38,268 nucleotides of DNA, taken from contig CP070791.1 of the NCBI GenBank assembly GCA_020346825.1, positions 1,128,887-1,167,154 of the forward strand. Direction: 5' to 3'. Origin of the DNA: Candidatus Bathyarchaeota archaeon. Lineage in GTDB: Archaea; Thermoproteota; Bathyarchaeia; Bathyarchaeales; Bathyarchaeaceae. This document shows positions 29,618 through 38,201 of this stretch, piece by piece. Position 1 is the first letter of the stretch, and each line of letters begins with the position of its first letter. Position numbers and translations under genes: made by a program. The notes under the pieces were generated by a model, which worked only from the letters and a program-made list of their open reading frames with translations, searched no databases and had not been told where the DNA came from.

Positions 29618-30328
29618 ATGTATCCAGACCTTCTTTTGATTGTCGTATCCGCTCTGTTGCTCATCACGATTGGAGTGTCTGCCCTCTATTACGCGCGAAT
29701 AAAGGAGGTTCGAGAGGAATATGACACGGCAAAGAACACAGTGCGTGATGTTGTCTCGAGCTTCAACAGGCAATTTCAGAGACAAGAGGACAAACTCCAT
29801 GCCGTTACTCATAAGATAGAGGCCCTCTCTTTATATAACGAAAAAGGCGTGATGACGGTAGAAACAGTTGGTGAACAATTAGCGACTCTTGCAGACAGAA
29901 TTGAAGATGCCAAAAAAATCGAAAGAAAAGTGTCTACACAAATTCAAGATATGAACAAGAAGATTGATGATGTAAAAAGGGACCAAAACAAGGCAACCCA
30001 AAGAATCAATGAAGTTGAAAAAGTGAAATATCGATCACTCGTGTCCGAAGCAAAAATAGAAGCGGCTATCCCAATCAAAAAGGAAAAGGCCTTGGCTCCT
30101 TTAACGGAAACCGAACTGATGGCGCTTGAAATCGTCGCTGGAGAGGGTGAGAAGACGGCGCCAGAAATCAGAGAAAGAATAGGACTGACAAGGGAACATA
30201 CTGCGCGCCTAATGAAAAAGCTCTATGAAGCTGGTTATTTGGAAAGGGACACTCATAAGATGCCATATACCTACCGCCTAAAGGAAGAAATGCGGAAAAT
30301 CCTAAAGAAGAGGGAAGCCAAGACCTAG
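29618..30328 (+). CDS. Membrane-anchored coiled-coil protein with C-terminal winged helix
   Basis: N-terminal TM LLLIVVSALLLITIGVSALYY followed by basic residues, then about 100 aa of heptad-like charged helix, then wHTH LTETELMALEIV...TAPEIRERIGLTREHTARLMKKLYEAGYLER...PYTYRL. SD GGGAGAGGTG. Confidence 0.85.
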   Translation: MYPDLLLIVVSALLLITIGVSALYYARIKEVREEYDTAKNTVRDVVSSFNRQFQRQEDKLHAVTHKIEALSLYNEKGVMTVETVGEQLATLADRIEDAKKIERKVSTQIQDMNKKIDDVKRDQNKATQRINEVEKVKYRSLVSEAKIEAAIPIKKEKALAPLTETELMALEIVAGEGEKTAPEIRERIGLTREHTARLMKKLYEAGYLERDTHKMPYTYRLKEEMRKILKKREAKT

Positions 30329-30438
30329 CCCTCGGCTTTAGCAACCAAAGAAGTTCCTGCCGCTTCCTTTCATCCCAAAAAATATCAAAAGAGCAGGTGC
30401 TTTGGAGCTGAAGGGGCATTACCGGTTGGGGTTTCCTT

Positions 30439-30861
30439 CTATCTATTACCTTTCACAAAACTTGATCCTTTGGATATGTTGGTAAGAATCCGGAACCGTC
30501 GGCGATTAGAGCCTCTGTTTTTGGCGAGGAGTCCGCGATTAGTCATTCTAGACAAATATGTCGAAACAGTACTCAGGCTAACGGGTTCTCTAAACTCTTC
30601 TTCATACGCAAATTGAATATCCTTAGAAGAAAACCACCCAATTGGGAACCGTCTTTCAACTACCAAACGAAGTTTATCAATTTTGGATAACTCCGATGGA
30701 GATGTATTCCACCCGATATTTGCGGTGGGCGCTCCTCCTAGTAGTTCAACTAGATCCAGTAGTTGAAGAGCCTTTTCCCTTGTCACTCTACCTTCAAAAG
30801 TTATGGTATACCGCTCTCCTATGCCAGTATAGATTTCTACACGTATTTTTCTAGCAGGCAT
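30439..30861 (-). CDS. Uncharacterised two-domain protein with C-terminal winged helix, divergent from cdc6
   Basis: N-terminal KIRVEIY..GERYTITFEGRVTREKALQLLDL; wHTH FSSKDIQFAYEEEFREPVSLSTVSTYLSRMTNRGLL...RRFRI. Start at ATG 30861 is inferred. Confidence 0.8.
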   Translation of the reverse strand: MPARKIRVEIYTGIGERYTITFEGRVTREKALQLLDLVELLGGAPTANIGWNTSPSELSKIDKLRLVVERRFPIGWFSSKDIQFAYEEEFREPVSLSTVSTYLSRMTNRGLLAKNRGSNRRRFRILTNISKGSSFVKGNR

Positions 30862-30887
30862 CTCACTCATCCACAACATCAAGAGTT

Positions 30888-31177
30888 TTTACAAGTTAAC
30901 ACTTCACAAGTTATAGGACTTACGGTGAAGAAGTTATGGAAGAAGAACCCGAGAAATAGCCTTAAAATAGAAACTAACGTAAATTTGCATTTTATTAGGT
31001 TTACAAACTTCACACCCGCTTGTTTTTCTAAAACGAAGAATAAAGGTTCCGTGAACTCCGTTTTCCAGTAGAAATCCAGGGGTCGTCTCTTTACACAAAA
31101 CGATACAAAATAGAGTTAATTTTCAGGTGAAGAAAGAAAAAAGGAGATATCCAAAAGTTAACTTCACAAGTTTTCAC
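30888..31177. repeat. ACTTCACA(AGTT) repeat array at the left edge of oriC
   Basis: Exact 12-mer ACTTCACAAGTT at 30901 and 31161, ACTTCACA at 31007, inverted GTGAAG at 30925 and 31127, TTTACAAGTT at 30888. Confidence 0.7.
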
Positions 31178-31490
31178 GATTAGTCAACTGTTTGTATAAC
31201 AAAATTCAGATTGCAAGGTGAGTATTCAACATAATACTGTGTGTCTTCATGACTCTTTTTATGTTTCTTTGACGAGAACAACACTTCCACCCCTCTATTT
31301 CCTTTGGACTTGCTAACTGGACACTAAATCTTTGACTGATTTTTTGCCAAAAAAACATATGATATACTCTAAAATATTTTATAATAAATATTAAGTATAA
31401 AGAAATTTTATAACCAGCGGAGTCTTATTCTTTCAGAATTTACTTTACACTTCTTTTTACGAGACTTATTTCCAGCGGAAATTTAGGGGT
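31063..31490. other. Replication origin (oriC): three ORB elements and an AT-rich DNA unwinding element
   Basis: ORBs: TTCCAGTAGAAATCCAGGGGT (31063-31083, +), GTCCAAAGGAAATAGAGGGGT (31289-31309, -) and TTCCAGCGGAAATTTAGGGGT (31470-31490, +). The last two are inverted around an AT-rich tract (about 31340-31413), directly upstream of cdc6. Confidence 0.92.
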
Positions 31491-31668
31491 GTGAGAGTGA
31501 AAAGGCGTGGGTTCTTTGTCAACATTCTTCTTCAATTCGTTTTTCTAGTAAATTACGGGTTGACTTTAGGTTTCTTTGTGATTTGTCTAATTTTTTCTAT
31601 GATAGTTCTTATCTATTGGAGTTGAAACGGAGGTATTACCTCTGCAACTCCCTGCAGGTGACCATTAC

Positions 31669-32919
31669 ATGGATGAACCTAGCATGATTGACACTGTTTT
31701 TGAACGATTTCTAAAAGGTACTCATATTTTTAGGAACAGAGACGTGCTACGCCACGATTATGTTCCCCATAAGCTTCCACATCGTGAAAAACAGATTCAT
31801 TGTCTGGGCGAAATAGTAGCTCCTGTTCTGAAGGGTTCTCGATGTTCCAATGTCTTTATCTACGGCAAAACGGGTACAGGAAAAACGGCAGCTACGAAAT
31901 ATGTGCTGAGTAAACTTTCTCAAAAATCAGGTGAATTGAGAGCACCTATTGAGGTTTGTTATGTAAACTGTCACTTGGCTGGCACAGAATATAGGGTCCT
32001 CTCAAGTTTATGTAATGCTTTAGGTGTGAGAGTTCCCTTTACGGGTTTGGCTGTAGGAGAGGTCTTTGATAGATTCAAAAAAGGATTAGATTTACGAAAA
32101 AATATTTTTATTGTTGTTCTTGATGAAATCGATGCACTAATAAAAGCGCGAGGAGACGTGTTACTTTACGAACTAACCAGAGTAAACGAAACTCTTCGTC
32201 ATGGTAGAACATCAATAGTAGGAATATCAAACGACCTTCGATTCAAAGAGTTTCTGGATCCTAGAGTTTTGAGTTCTCTTAGCGAAGAGGAAATAGTTTT
32301 CAGTCCGTATGATGCTGCTGAACTTCAGGATATCCTGTGGGAGCGTTCTCAACTAGCCTTTCTTGAGGGAGTACTTCTTGATAGCGCAGTTGGTCTGTGC
32401 GCTGCCTTGGCTGCTGCGGAACATGGAGACGCTAGAAGAGCTTTAGATCTACTTCGCGTTGCAGGTGAGGTGGCAGAGCGAGAAGGAGCCCCGTGTGTTA
32501 CTGAAGAGCACGTGCGTCAGGCTGAGAAGAGGGTTGAACACAATCGAATTATCGAAGTTTTGGTGAACCTTCCGCTACACTCAAAGTTGGTCCTATCCAG
32601 CGTTTACTTGTTGGGCAAGGCCAAGGTTAGTTGCGCCATCACTGGCGACATTTATGAGATTTATTGCGAGCTCTGTGATCAGTTTAGCCTTTCTCCGTTG
32701 ACTCAGAGGAGGGTTAGCGGGTTGATCAACGAATTGGATATGGTGGGGTTGCTGAACGCGCGGGTTGTGAGCATGGGGAGATATGGTCGCACGAAAAAGA
32801 TTCGCTTGGGTATTAACCGCGGTCTAGTTAGAAACGTATTCACTACTGATGATAGACTTGGGCGGTTGATTAATTATGTTCCCAAGTGTTTGGAGGGAGT
32901 TTCGGCTAGTAAGCGTTGA
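31669..32919 (+). CDS. cdc6: Orc1/Cdc6 replication initiator
   Basis: Walker A GKTGTGKT, Walker B VLDEID, LDPRVLSSL, HGDARRALDLLR and wHTH S.GRYGRT. Confidence 0.98.
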   Translation: MDEPSMIDTVFERFLKGTHIFRNRDVLRHDYVPHKLPHREKQIHCLGEIVAPVLKGSRCSNVFIYGKTGTGKTAATKYVLSKLSQKSGELRAPIEVCYVNCHLAGTEYRVLSSLCNALGVRVPFTGLAVGEVFDRFKKGLDLRKNIFIVVLDEIDALIKARGDVLLYELTRVNETLRHGRTSIVGISNDLRFKEFLDPRVLSSLSEEEIVFSPYDAAELQDILWERSQLAFLEGVLLDSAVGLCAALAAAEHGDARRALDLLRVAGEVAEREGAPCVTEEHVRQAEKRVEHNRIIEVLVNLPLHSKLVLSSVYLLGKAKVSCAITGDIYEIYCELCDQFSLSPLTQRRVSGLINELDMVGLLNARVVSMGRYGRTKKIRLGINRGLVRNVFTTDDRLGRLINYVPKCLEGVSASKR

Positions 32920-33122
32920 AGACAGAGGGGATTTAAGTAAATATAACTTGGTAGTGTCCACAACCGTCTTTTTGTGTGCGCGGGGCCTGCGCAGGATTGA
33001 ATTTGGTGAACCCCCCTTGTTTTCGAAAGATTTGAGAAACCCGCAATTGTCCTTGCGAGAGACGCGCATTTGCTGTTGGATTCCTGAACCTATGCGGGTA
33101 GCTAAGGGCATCACGCAAGCAC

Positions 33123-34667
33123 TCACCCATACACCTCTGTAAAATTAATTGTTGAGACGTGCAGTGTTTGGAGATTTACAATTGGCACAATTCCCGGGGT
33201 AGGTATAACTCCCATTCTCTTTTGATAGTCTGTCTGCCCCTGCCAGGCACCAGAGTTGACCAAAAGAGTTCCCCGGTATGTGTCACATTTCAACACATGC
33301 ACATGTCCAGCATGAAAGATGTCTGGCACTCTTTCTATGACTATGAAGTCTTTGGTTTCCGGGGCGATGGGTGTTCTTTCACCATAAATTGGTGCAAGGT
33401 GTCTACTCTGCAACAAAAGCTTCATGGATTTGTTGGGGGTCTGAACGCTTACGTTTGGGGCAACAGCGGCGACATCGTCTAAGCTTCGTCCATGATACAA
33501 AAGTAGTTCAACTTCGTGTAGGCTAATTGTGCAAGGATTTCCGAGAGAATACATCTTTCGCGCTTCATATAGCGGTTCTGCGTAGTCTCGCGGTATTGCT
33601 GGTTGCGGCAACGCCTTTCTGGAAGCGTCATGGTTGCCCGGTATAATTACTACTTCGATATAATCTGGAATTTGTGCGATGAGTTTCGCCACTTCTCGAT
33701 ATTGTTCATAAATATCTTGTATCACCAGTTCTTCCATCTGCCCCGGATAAACACCTATCCCGTCCACGAGATCCCCGGCAATAACTACATATTTAACGTG
33801 GCTGGCCAAGTTTCTTGCGTGTTTGTTTCCAAAGTTTCCGTTCAGCCATGACACAAAGCGGTTGAATTCGTTCTCCATGAACATTTGGCTCCCTGTATGC
33901 AAATCTGATATGAGGGCTGCGTAGACGGGAAGTGACGCTTTATGCGGGGTTTTCTGAGGAACATCTGGCCAGATGAAATCTTTTGCGATAAATAGCTTGT
34001 TCCTTCCTTTTATGGCGCTTACGCAAATAACCTGATCCAATAAGAGAGTTTGGGCTTTTTCCATAGCCTCTTTGCCTATGTTATGGGGAACAAGAACAGT
34101 AACACTGGCTTCCAAATCCTCGAATTTCAAGAAGAGCCGCTTTTTAGACTCCCTCTTTTCCGTGACCATACCGATTATTTTAACTTTTGAATTAACTGGC
34201 GCCTTAAGGGCTTCCGAGATGGGCATGGCACTTTTTGTGTCGATCCTCCGCCTTAGAATTTTCTTTATCTTTTTGAAGCGATCTTGAAAGTACTGTAAAT
34301 ATTCCTCAGCGGATCCTGTCGTGCAGACTTTATCCGTTGGATCATCAAGCACTTTTATGTTGGCATCCGTATCTTTTGCATATGGACGAAAGGATTTCCT
34401 CGTTTCAAGGATGGGTCTCGGAGAACCAGACGAAGCGGGCTTCCCCTTCTGGAAAACGTCTTTAGCCATTTCTTCCAGAAGTTTGCGATCTACGAATAAC
34501 GGGTTTTCAGGCAATCCCGCAAGTTTTTCAATAGTTCTTTCCATCAAACTAAGGGGGTCTTCCTTTTTAGAAAGCGTGGTCAGAAAGTCGAAGGCCTCCT
34601 TGTCTAACTGGTAGCCCGCGGCGATCGTGAAGGAAACCGCTCTTTGGAGCTTCTCACCTTCACTCAT
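33123..34667 (-). CDS. polB: DNA polymerase D small (proofreading) subunit DP1
   Basis: OB fold followed by calcineurin-like motifs ISDLHTGS, AGDLVDGIGVYPGQ, PGNHD, YHGRS, HLAP, GHVH and NSGAWQ. Start at ATG 34667 is inferred. Confidence 0.96.
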   Translation of the reverse strand: MSEGEKLQRAVSFTIAAGYQLDKEAFDFLTTLSKKEDPLSLMERTIEKLAGLPENPLFVDRKLLEEMAKDVFQKGKPASSGSPRPILETRKSFRPYAKDTDANIKVLDDPTDKVCTTGSAEEYLQYFQDRFKKIKKILRRRIDTKSAMPISEALKAPVNSKVKIIGMVTEKRESKKRLFLKFEDLEASVTVLVPHNIGKEAMEKAQTLLLDQVICVSAIKGRNKLFIAKDFIWPDVPQKTPHKASLPVYAALISDLHTGSQMFMENEFNRFVSWLNGNFGNKHARNLASHVKYVVIAGDLVDGIGVYPGQMEELVIQDIYEQYREVAKLIAQIPDYIEVVIIPGNHDASRKALPQPAIPRDYAEPLYEARKMYSLGNPCTISLHEVELLLYHGRSLDDVAAVAPNVSVQTPNKSMKLLLQSRHLAPIYGERTPIAPETKDFIVIERVPDIFHAGHVHVLKCDTYRGTLLVNSGAWQGQTDYQKRMGVIPTPGIVPIVNLQTLHVSTINFTEVYG

Positions 34668-35083
34668 AGCGGTCGCCTTCTCCAGCATCCTTCCGTTGGA
34701 ACAAAGATATTGCCTTCATCCTCATCTCCTACTACCTCTGTTTTTCCCTGCAAGTAAAGATATCCTGTCAACGCCGTCCTACACCCCTTAATATTCCATG
34801 GGAAACCGCGTTTTTAGTTCCCTTTTAGGTAAGTTACGCGAAGGGTCTATCACGAGCAAAACAGGGCTAATCTCCCACAAATCCTGAGACGCCCTAGTCC
34901 TTGTGAAGGTGACAAGTGAAGATCGCCTTTGTTTCTTAGTACGGCATATCCGGTTGGAGTTGTGTCCATCCTAACCAATCTATACATCTTGCGGGCTTTC
35001 TTCACTTTTCTGATATTCTCGTTTCGCTTTCTGATAGTATGTTTTTATTCGATGCAGCAATATGTCTGTTGAGGATTAAGAGT

Positions 35084-36064
35084 ATGGACCTCCGCAAGAT
35101 TCAAAGGACAAGTGGAGGGACTTTTTTTGTTTGTCTCCCAAAAGAGTGGGCTGAGCGAAACGGACTTGACCGAGGATCTGTGGTTTCTGTAACTGAAACG
35201 GCTGATGGTCTACTTGCCGTTAACCCAAAATATGGCATAGAACGCGCTCCACAGGTAGCCGTGATTACCCCGACTCCCCTTTTGGATCGTGAGATCATTG
35301 AGAAATATCTGTTGGGCTACGACAGTATACACATTGAAGGGAAAGGAAGAATAAGCCCCGTCGATCGCGAACGCTTGAAACAAGCGGCAAGTCGTTTGGT
35401 TGGTTTGGAGATTGTTGAGGAAGACTACTCCAAAATTGTTATGCAATGCCTTTTGGAGCCTTCTACGTTTCCACCACAAAAGATTCTTCGCCGGGAATAC
35501 TCTATTGCCTCAGGGATGCATCGGGATGCCGTGACTGCCCTAACCGAAGGCGCCGTGCATCTAGCCAAGAATGTAGTTGCTAGGGACAACGAGGTCAACC
35601 GGTTATATTTTCTTTTGGTCCGAACTCTTAGAACGGTGATTCAAAATCCGGGGTTGAGTAGCAAACTCGGGATTCTTCCCATTGATTGTTTGGACTACCG
35701 TTTAACAGCGAGTCTAGTTGAATCAATAGGCGACCAGTCTGCGTGTATTGGTGAAAAAGCAATCGAACTGCAGGGAGCAAAAATAGAGGAAAACCTTCTG
35801 CAGCTTATCTTAAACTTTCACACCGTTGCGTTTGCTTCTCACGAAAACGCAATAAACGCGGTGTTTTCGCGTGATGTTTCCATGGCAGAAGCTGTACGAT
35901 TGGAAGAAGAGAAGGTGGCAACGATGTTCCGTGAACTTGAAAAGGCTATTCGCGGCCAGCCTGCAGAAGTTGGTCCTCACATGCTTGCTGTGGCCTCTTC
36001 TATGAACCGAATTTACGATAACAGTCTGGACATCGCGGACTTGGTCATGCCGAAGCTCCTGTAA
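35084..36064 (+). CDS. phoU: Archaeal phosphate uptake regulator (AbrB-like N-terminus plus PhoU domains)
   Basis: RKIQRTSGGTFFVCLPKEWA, YLLGYD, LVGLEIVEE, RDNEVNRLYFL and VESIGD. Confidence 0.88.
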   Translation: MDLRKIQRTSGGTFFVCLPKEWAERNGLDRGSVVSVTETADGLLAVNPKYGIERAPQVAVITPTPLLDREIIEKYLLGYDSIHIEGKGRISPVDRERLKQAASRLVGLEIVEEDYSKIVMQCLLEPSTFPPQKILRREYSIASGMHRDAVTALTEGAVHLAKNVVARDNEVNRLYFLLVRTLRTVIQNPGLSSKLGILPIDCLDYRLTASLVESIGDQSACIGEKAIELQGAKIEENLLQLILNFHTVAFASHENAINAVFSRDVSMAEAVRLEEEKVATMFRELEKAIRGQPAEVGPHMLAVASSMNRIYDNSLDIADLVMPKLL

Positions 36065-36198
36065 GAAGCGGTCTATTTCAAGCGGTCCAACGGCAAAATA
36101 GAAAGACGGGGCTGTTGAAAATTTAACGAATTTTTTTGTAGTCCAAACTCAAAACGGTGTTCGAATAATACGTGTGTATGATAGTGAAGCAGAGGAAA

Positions 36199-36762
36199 CT
36201 ACTGTTTCTTGAATTCTGCAACTATTTCGTTTACGGTCTTCACTTCTGCGTTGTAGACTTCTTCTAGGTATTTCAATCCTTCTTCGTGGTCCTTTTGGCT
36301 GAACGCTTCCACTCCGTCGCTAGCAATTTCTATTCTGTAGCCTCTGAAAAAGGCGTCAGCAGACGTGTGTCTGATACATATGTGGGTGTGTAGTCCCCCC
36401 AAAATAACGGTGTCCACGCCCTTGCCTCCATAAAGGCTTCGGAGAAGTAGTTCAAGTCCAGTTTCATAAAAACCACTGTAGACTCTCTTCTCAACGATGA
36501 AGGCGCCTTCTCTCGGTGCAAGTTCTCGAATAACTTGGGCGCCTAGCGTGTCTTTTATGGCGTGATCACCCCACTTGCGGACAACCTCAAAGTCGTGCTT
36601 ATAGTGAGCATCGTTGGAATATATTACTGGTACGCCATGCTCTCTGGCTTTTTCAACGAGTTTCTTGAGGTTTGGAACGATCGTTGCGGCTCGTTCGGTT
36701 TTCAAATCGCCGGTGACGAAGTCGTTTAGCATATCTACAATTATGACTGCCTTGTTTGACAT
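36199..36762 (-). CDS. Isochorismatase/nicotinamidase-family cysteine hydrolase
   Basis: IVDMLNDF, D.H...D...WGDHA, EKRVYSGFYET and GLHTHICIRHT (D-K-C triad). Confidence 0.9.
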   Translation of the reverse strand: MSNKAVIIVDMLNDFVTGDLKTERAATIVPNLKKLVEKAREHGVPVIYSNDAHYKHDFEVVRKWGDHAIKDTLGAQVIRELAPREGAFIVEKRVYSGFYETGLELLLRSLYGGKGVDTVILGGLHTHICIRHTSADAFFRGYRIEIASDGVEAFSQKDHEEGLKYLEEVYNAEVKTVNEIVAEFKKQ

Positions 36763-36958
36763 GCTTCCACCGTTCTTGTTGCATGATTCTGCTCTCTTAT
36801 TTGGGTTGCGTTTCTAGATAAGACAATAACCAAGGGGCGGCAACGTTCTCGATTAAGCATTGCTGCATCTTGATTTATTGGCTTGGGAGCGCGTAGGGTA
36901 ACGCTCACTTTCTAGTGAGCACTTTTATTAATGGCAATTGGCTCTAACAAAAATGGGC

Positions 36959-37070
36959 GCCGGGGTGACAGAGCGGTAATGTGCCGGCCTCGAGATGCAC
37001 GAATGTGGGGTCCAGAAGACAGCCGGTGGCGCTTTGCGCCTCAAGGGTTCAAGTCCCTTCCCCGGCGCCA
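36959..37070 (+). tRNA. tRNA-Ser(CGA) with a 26-nt intron (about 36995-37020, position 37/38), CCA encoded
   Basis: GCCGGGG/CCCCGGC acceptor stem, CCGGC-CT-CGA-G[intron]A-GCCGG, long variable arm GGCGC-TTT-GCGCC, GGGTTCAAGTCCC and G73-CCA. TATA box TTTTATTAA at about 36923. Confidence 0.92.
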
Positions 37071-37090
37071 CTTTTATTCAAGCGTGATCT

Positions 37091-37666
37091 CTAGCTGTTT
37101 CTTGGTTTTGCGAGTATTTCCCTGATTTTGAGGTTGAAAAAACGGGATGCCGTTGCTGGCTTTAGAACCATAGCCGTGTCGGCACCTCTGCCCGTCCCTC
37201 CTATGGCTATGACCTCTTCATCAACAGGGATTAGGCCGGCATCTGCAGCCATAATAGTAATCTCTACACAAACTTTAGTTCCTTCACCAAATAACCGAAG
37301 GGTGTGGGCTAAAAGTTCGAGGGGCATAACGGTTCCAAATTTTTTTCGGATCGCCCTCTCTACACCACTAAGCGCATGAGTTGCAGTCAAGATCTTGGCT
37401 CCATTATCCAGAATTCTTCTGTGATTTTCGTCTGTCAGTTCCCGTATCCCTGGCTCTTTAAAGCCTACGTGGTGGGAAACGACTATAACGTTTAGGCCTT
37501 TAAAGACACGCGTAGCCCTCACTCCGGTATCACCGGTGGTGGAGGCAACCACCACAGCTTTTATTCCTTCCGTTTGAGCATAGTTTTTCACCAAGTCAAG
37601 CAGGATTTTAGTGTTCTGTTTTCCAGGGGTCTCGAAATAGATGGTTTTACGTTCAACGGACTTCAT
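37091..37666 (-). CDS. Pyruvate kinase C-terminal-like domain protein (COG1751/MTH1675-like)
   Basis: YFETPGKQNT, VVASTTGDTG, THALSGVER, GTKVCVEITIMAADAG and GGTGRGADTA. Confidence 0.85.
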   Translation of the reverse strand: MKSVERKTIYFETPGKQNTKILLDLVKNYAQTEGIKAVVVASTTGDTGVRATRVFKGLNVIVVSHHVGFKEPGIRELTDENHRRILDNGAKILTATHALSGVERAIRKKFGTVMPLELLAHTLRLFGEGTKVCVEITIMAADAGLIPVDEEVIAIGGTGRGADTAMVLKPATASRFFNLKIREILAKPRNS

Positions 37667-37679
37667 ACAAGGTCCCACT

Positions 37680-38201
37680 TCAAAGAGAGGTTTTTCTAAG
37701 GGGCTTCCTCTTAAGTGTGGTGCCGCAGACCTTGCAGACCTTAAGCTTGTGATCTGGAGGGTATTTCCGGTGGCAGGCGGGGCAATACTGAATCCAATTG
37801 AAACGAAATTTGATTCCGTACGTCAAAAGCGAAGTGAAGTCTACGCCAATTTGATTGGCAACATTTTGGATGGAGTAATCGTCAGTAACGATCATTGGAT
37901 ACAAACCCCGGCGTTTCAATTCTAGGGCTAGTGCCAAGACTTGGAAATCTGTTTCGGAAAGATAACGTTCGTCCCCAACCTTTTTGGAAGCTTCTTTGAC
38001 TTCGTGAAAAAAGACATCTCTCGACGTCCTGACTTTTAGCCGTTTGCTTTCCACCGCGGCGTTAAATCGAACCCAAGGCATGGAGTTTAGAACAAGCTCC
38101 TTCTTAACCGAGGGAACAGAATATTGTTTTTCGGTGACTGAAAAAGGGTTAAAACCCGCAATGAAGGCAGACGTGTCCAGTACGATGACCTTCCGTGTCA
38201 G
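37680..38201 (-). CDS. nob1: Nob1 ribonuclease (PIN domain plus Zn ribbon); probable CTG start
   Basis: The frame upstream of the ORF-track start encodes VIVLDTSAFI (first PIN Asp). Also LSETD..VLALA, TDDYSIQNVA and CPAC...CKVCG. An in-frame TGA at 38208-38210 lies inside the SD GAGGTGA. Confidence 0.92.
   Translation of the reverse strand: MTRKVIVLDTSAFIAGFNPFSVTEKQYSVPSVKKELVLNSMPWVRFNAAVESKRLKVRTSRDVFFHEVKEASKKVGDERYLSETDFQVLALALELKRRGLYPMIVTDDYSIQNVANQIGVDFTSLLTYGIKFRFNWIQYCPACHRKYPPDHKLKVCKVCGTTLKRKPLRKTSL

Noticed and set aside
32920..33122. Structured ncRNA or extra ORB between cdc6 and DP1
   Set aside because: Only a short hairpin (TGCGC...GCGCA) and a weak G-string match (TCTTTCGAAAACAAGGGGGG, minus strand) are present, which is insufficient evidence.
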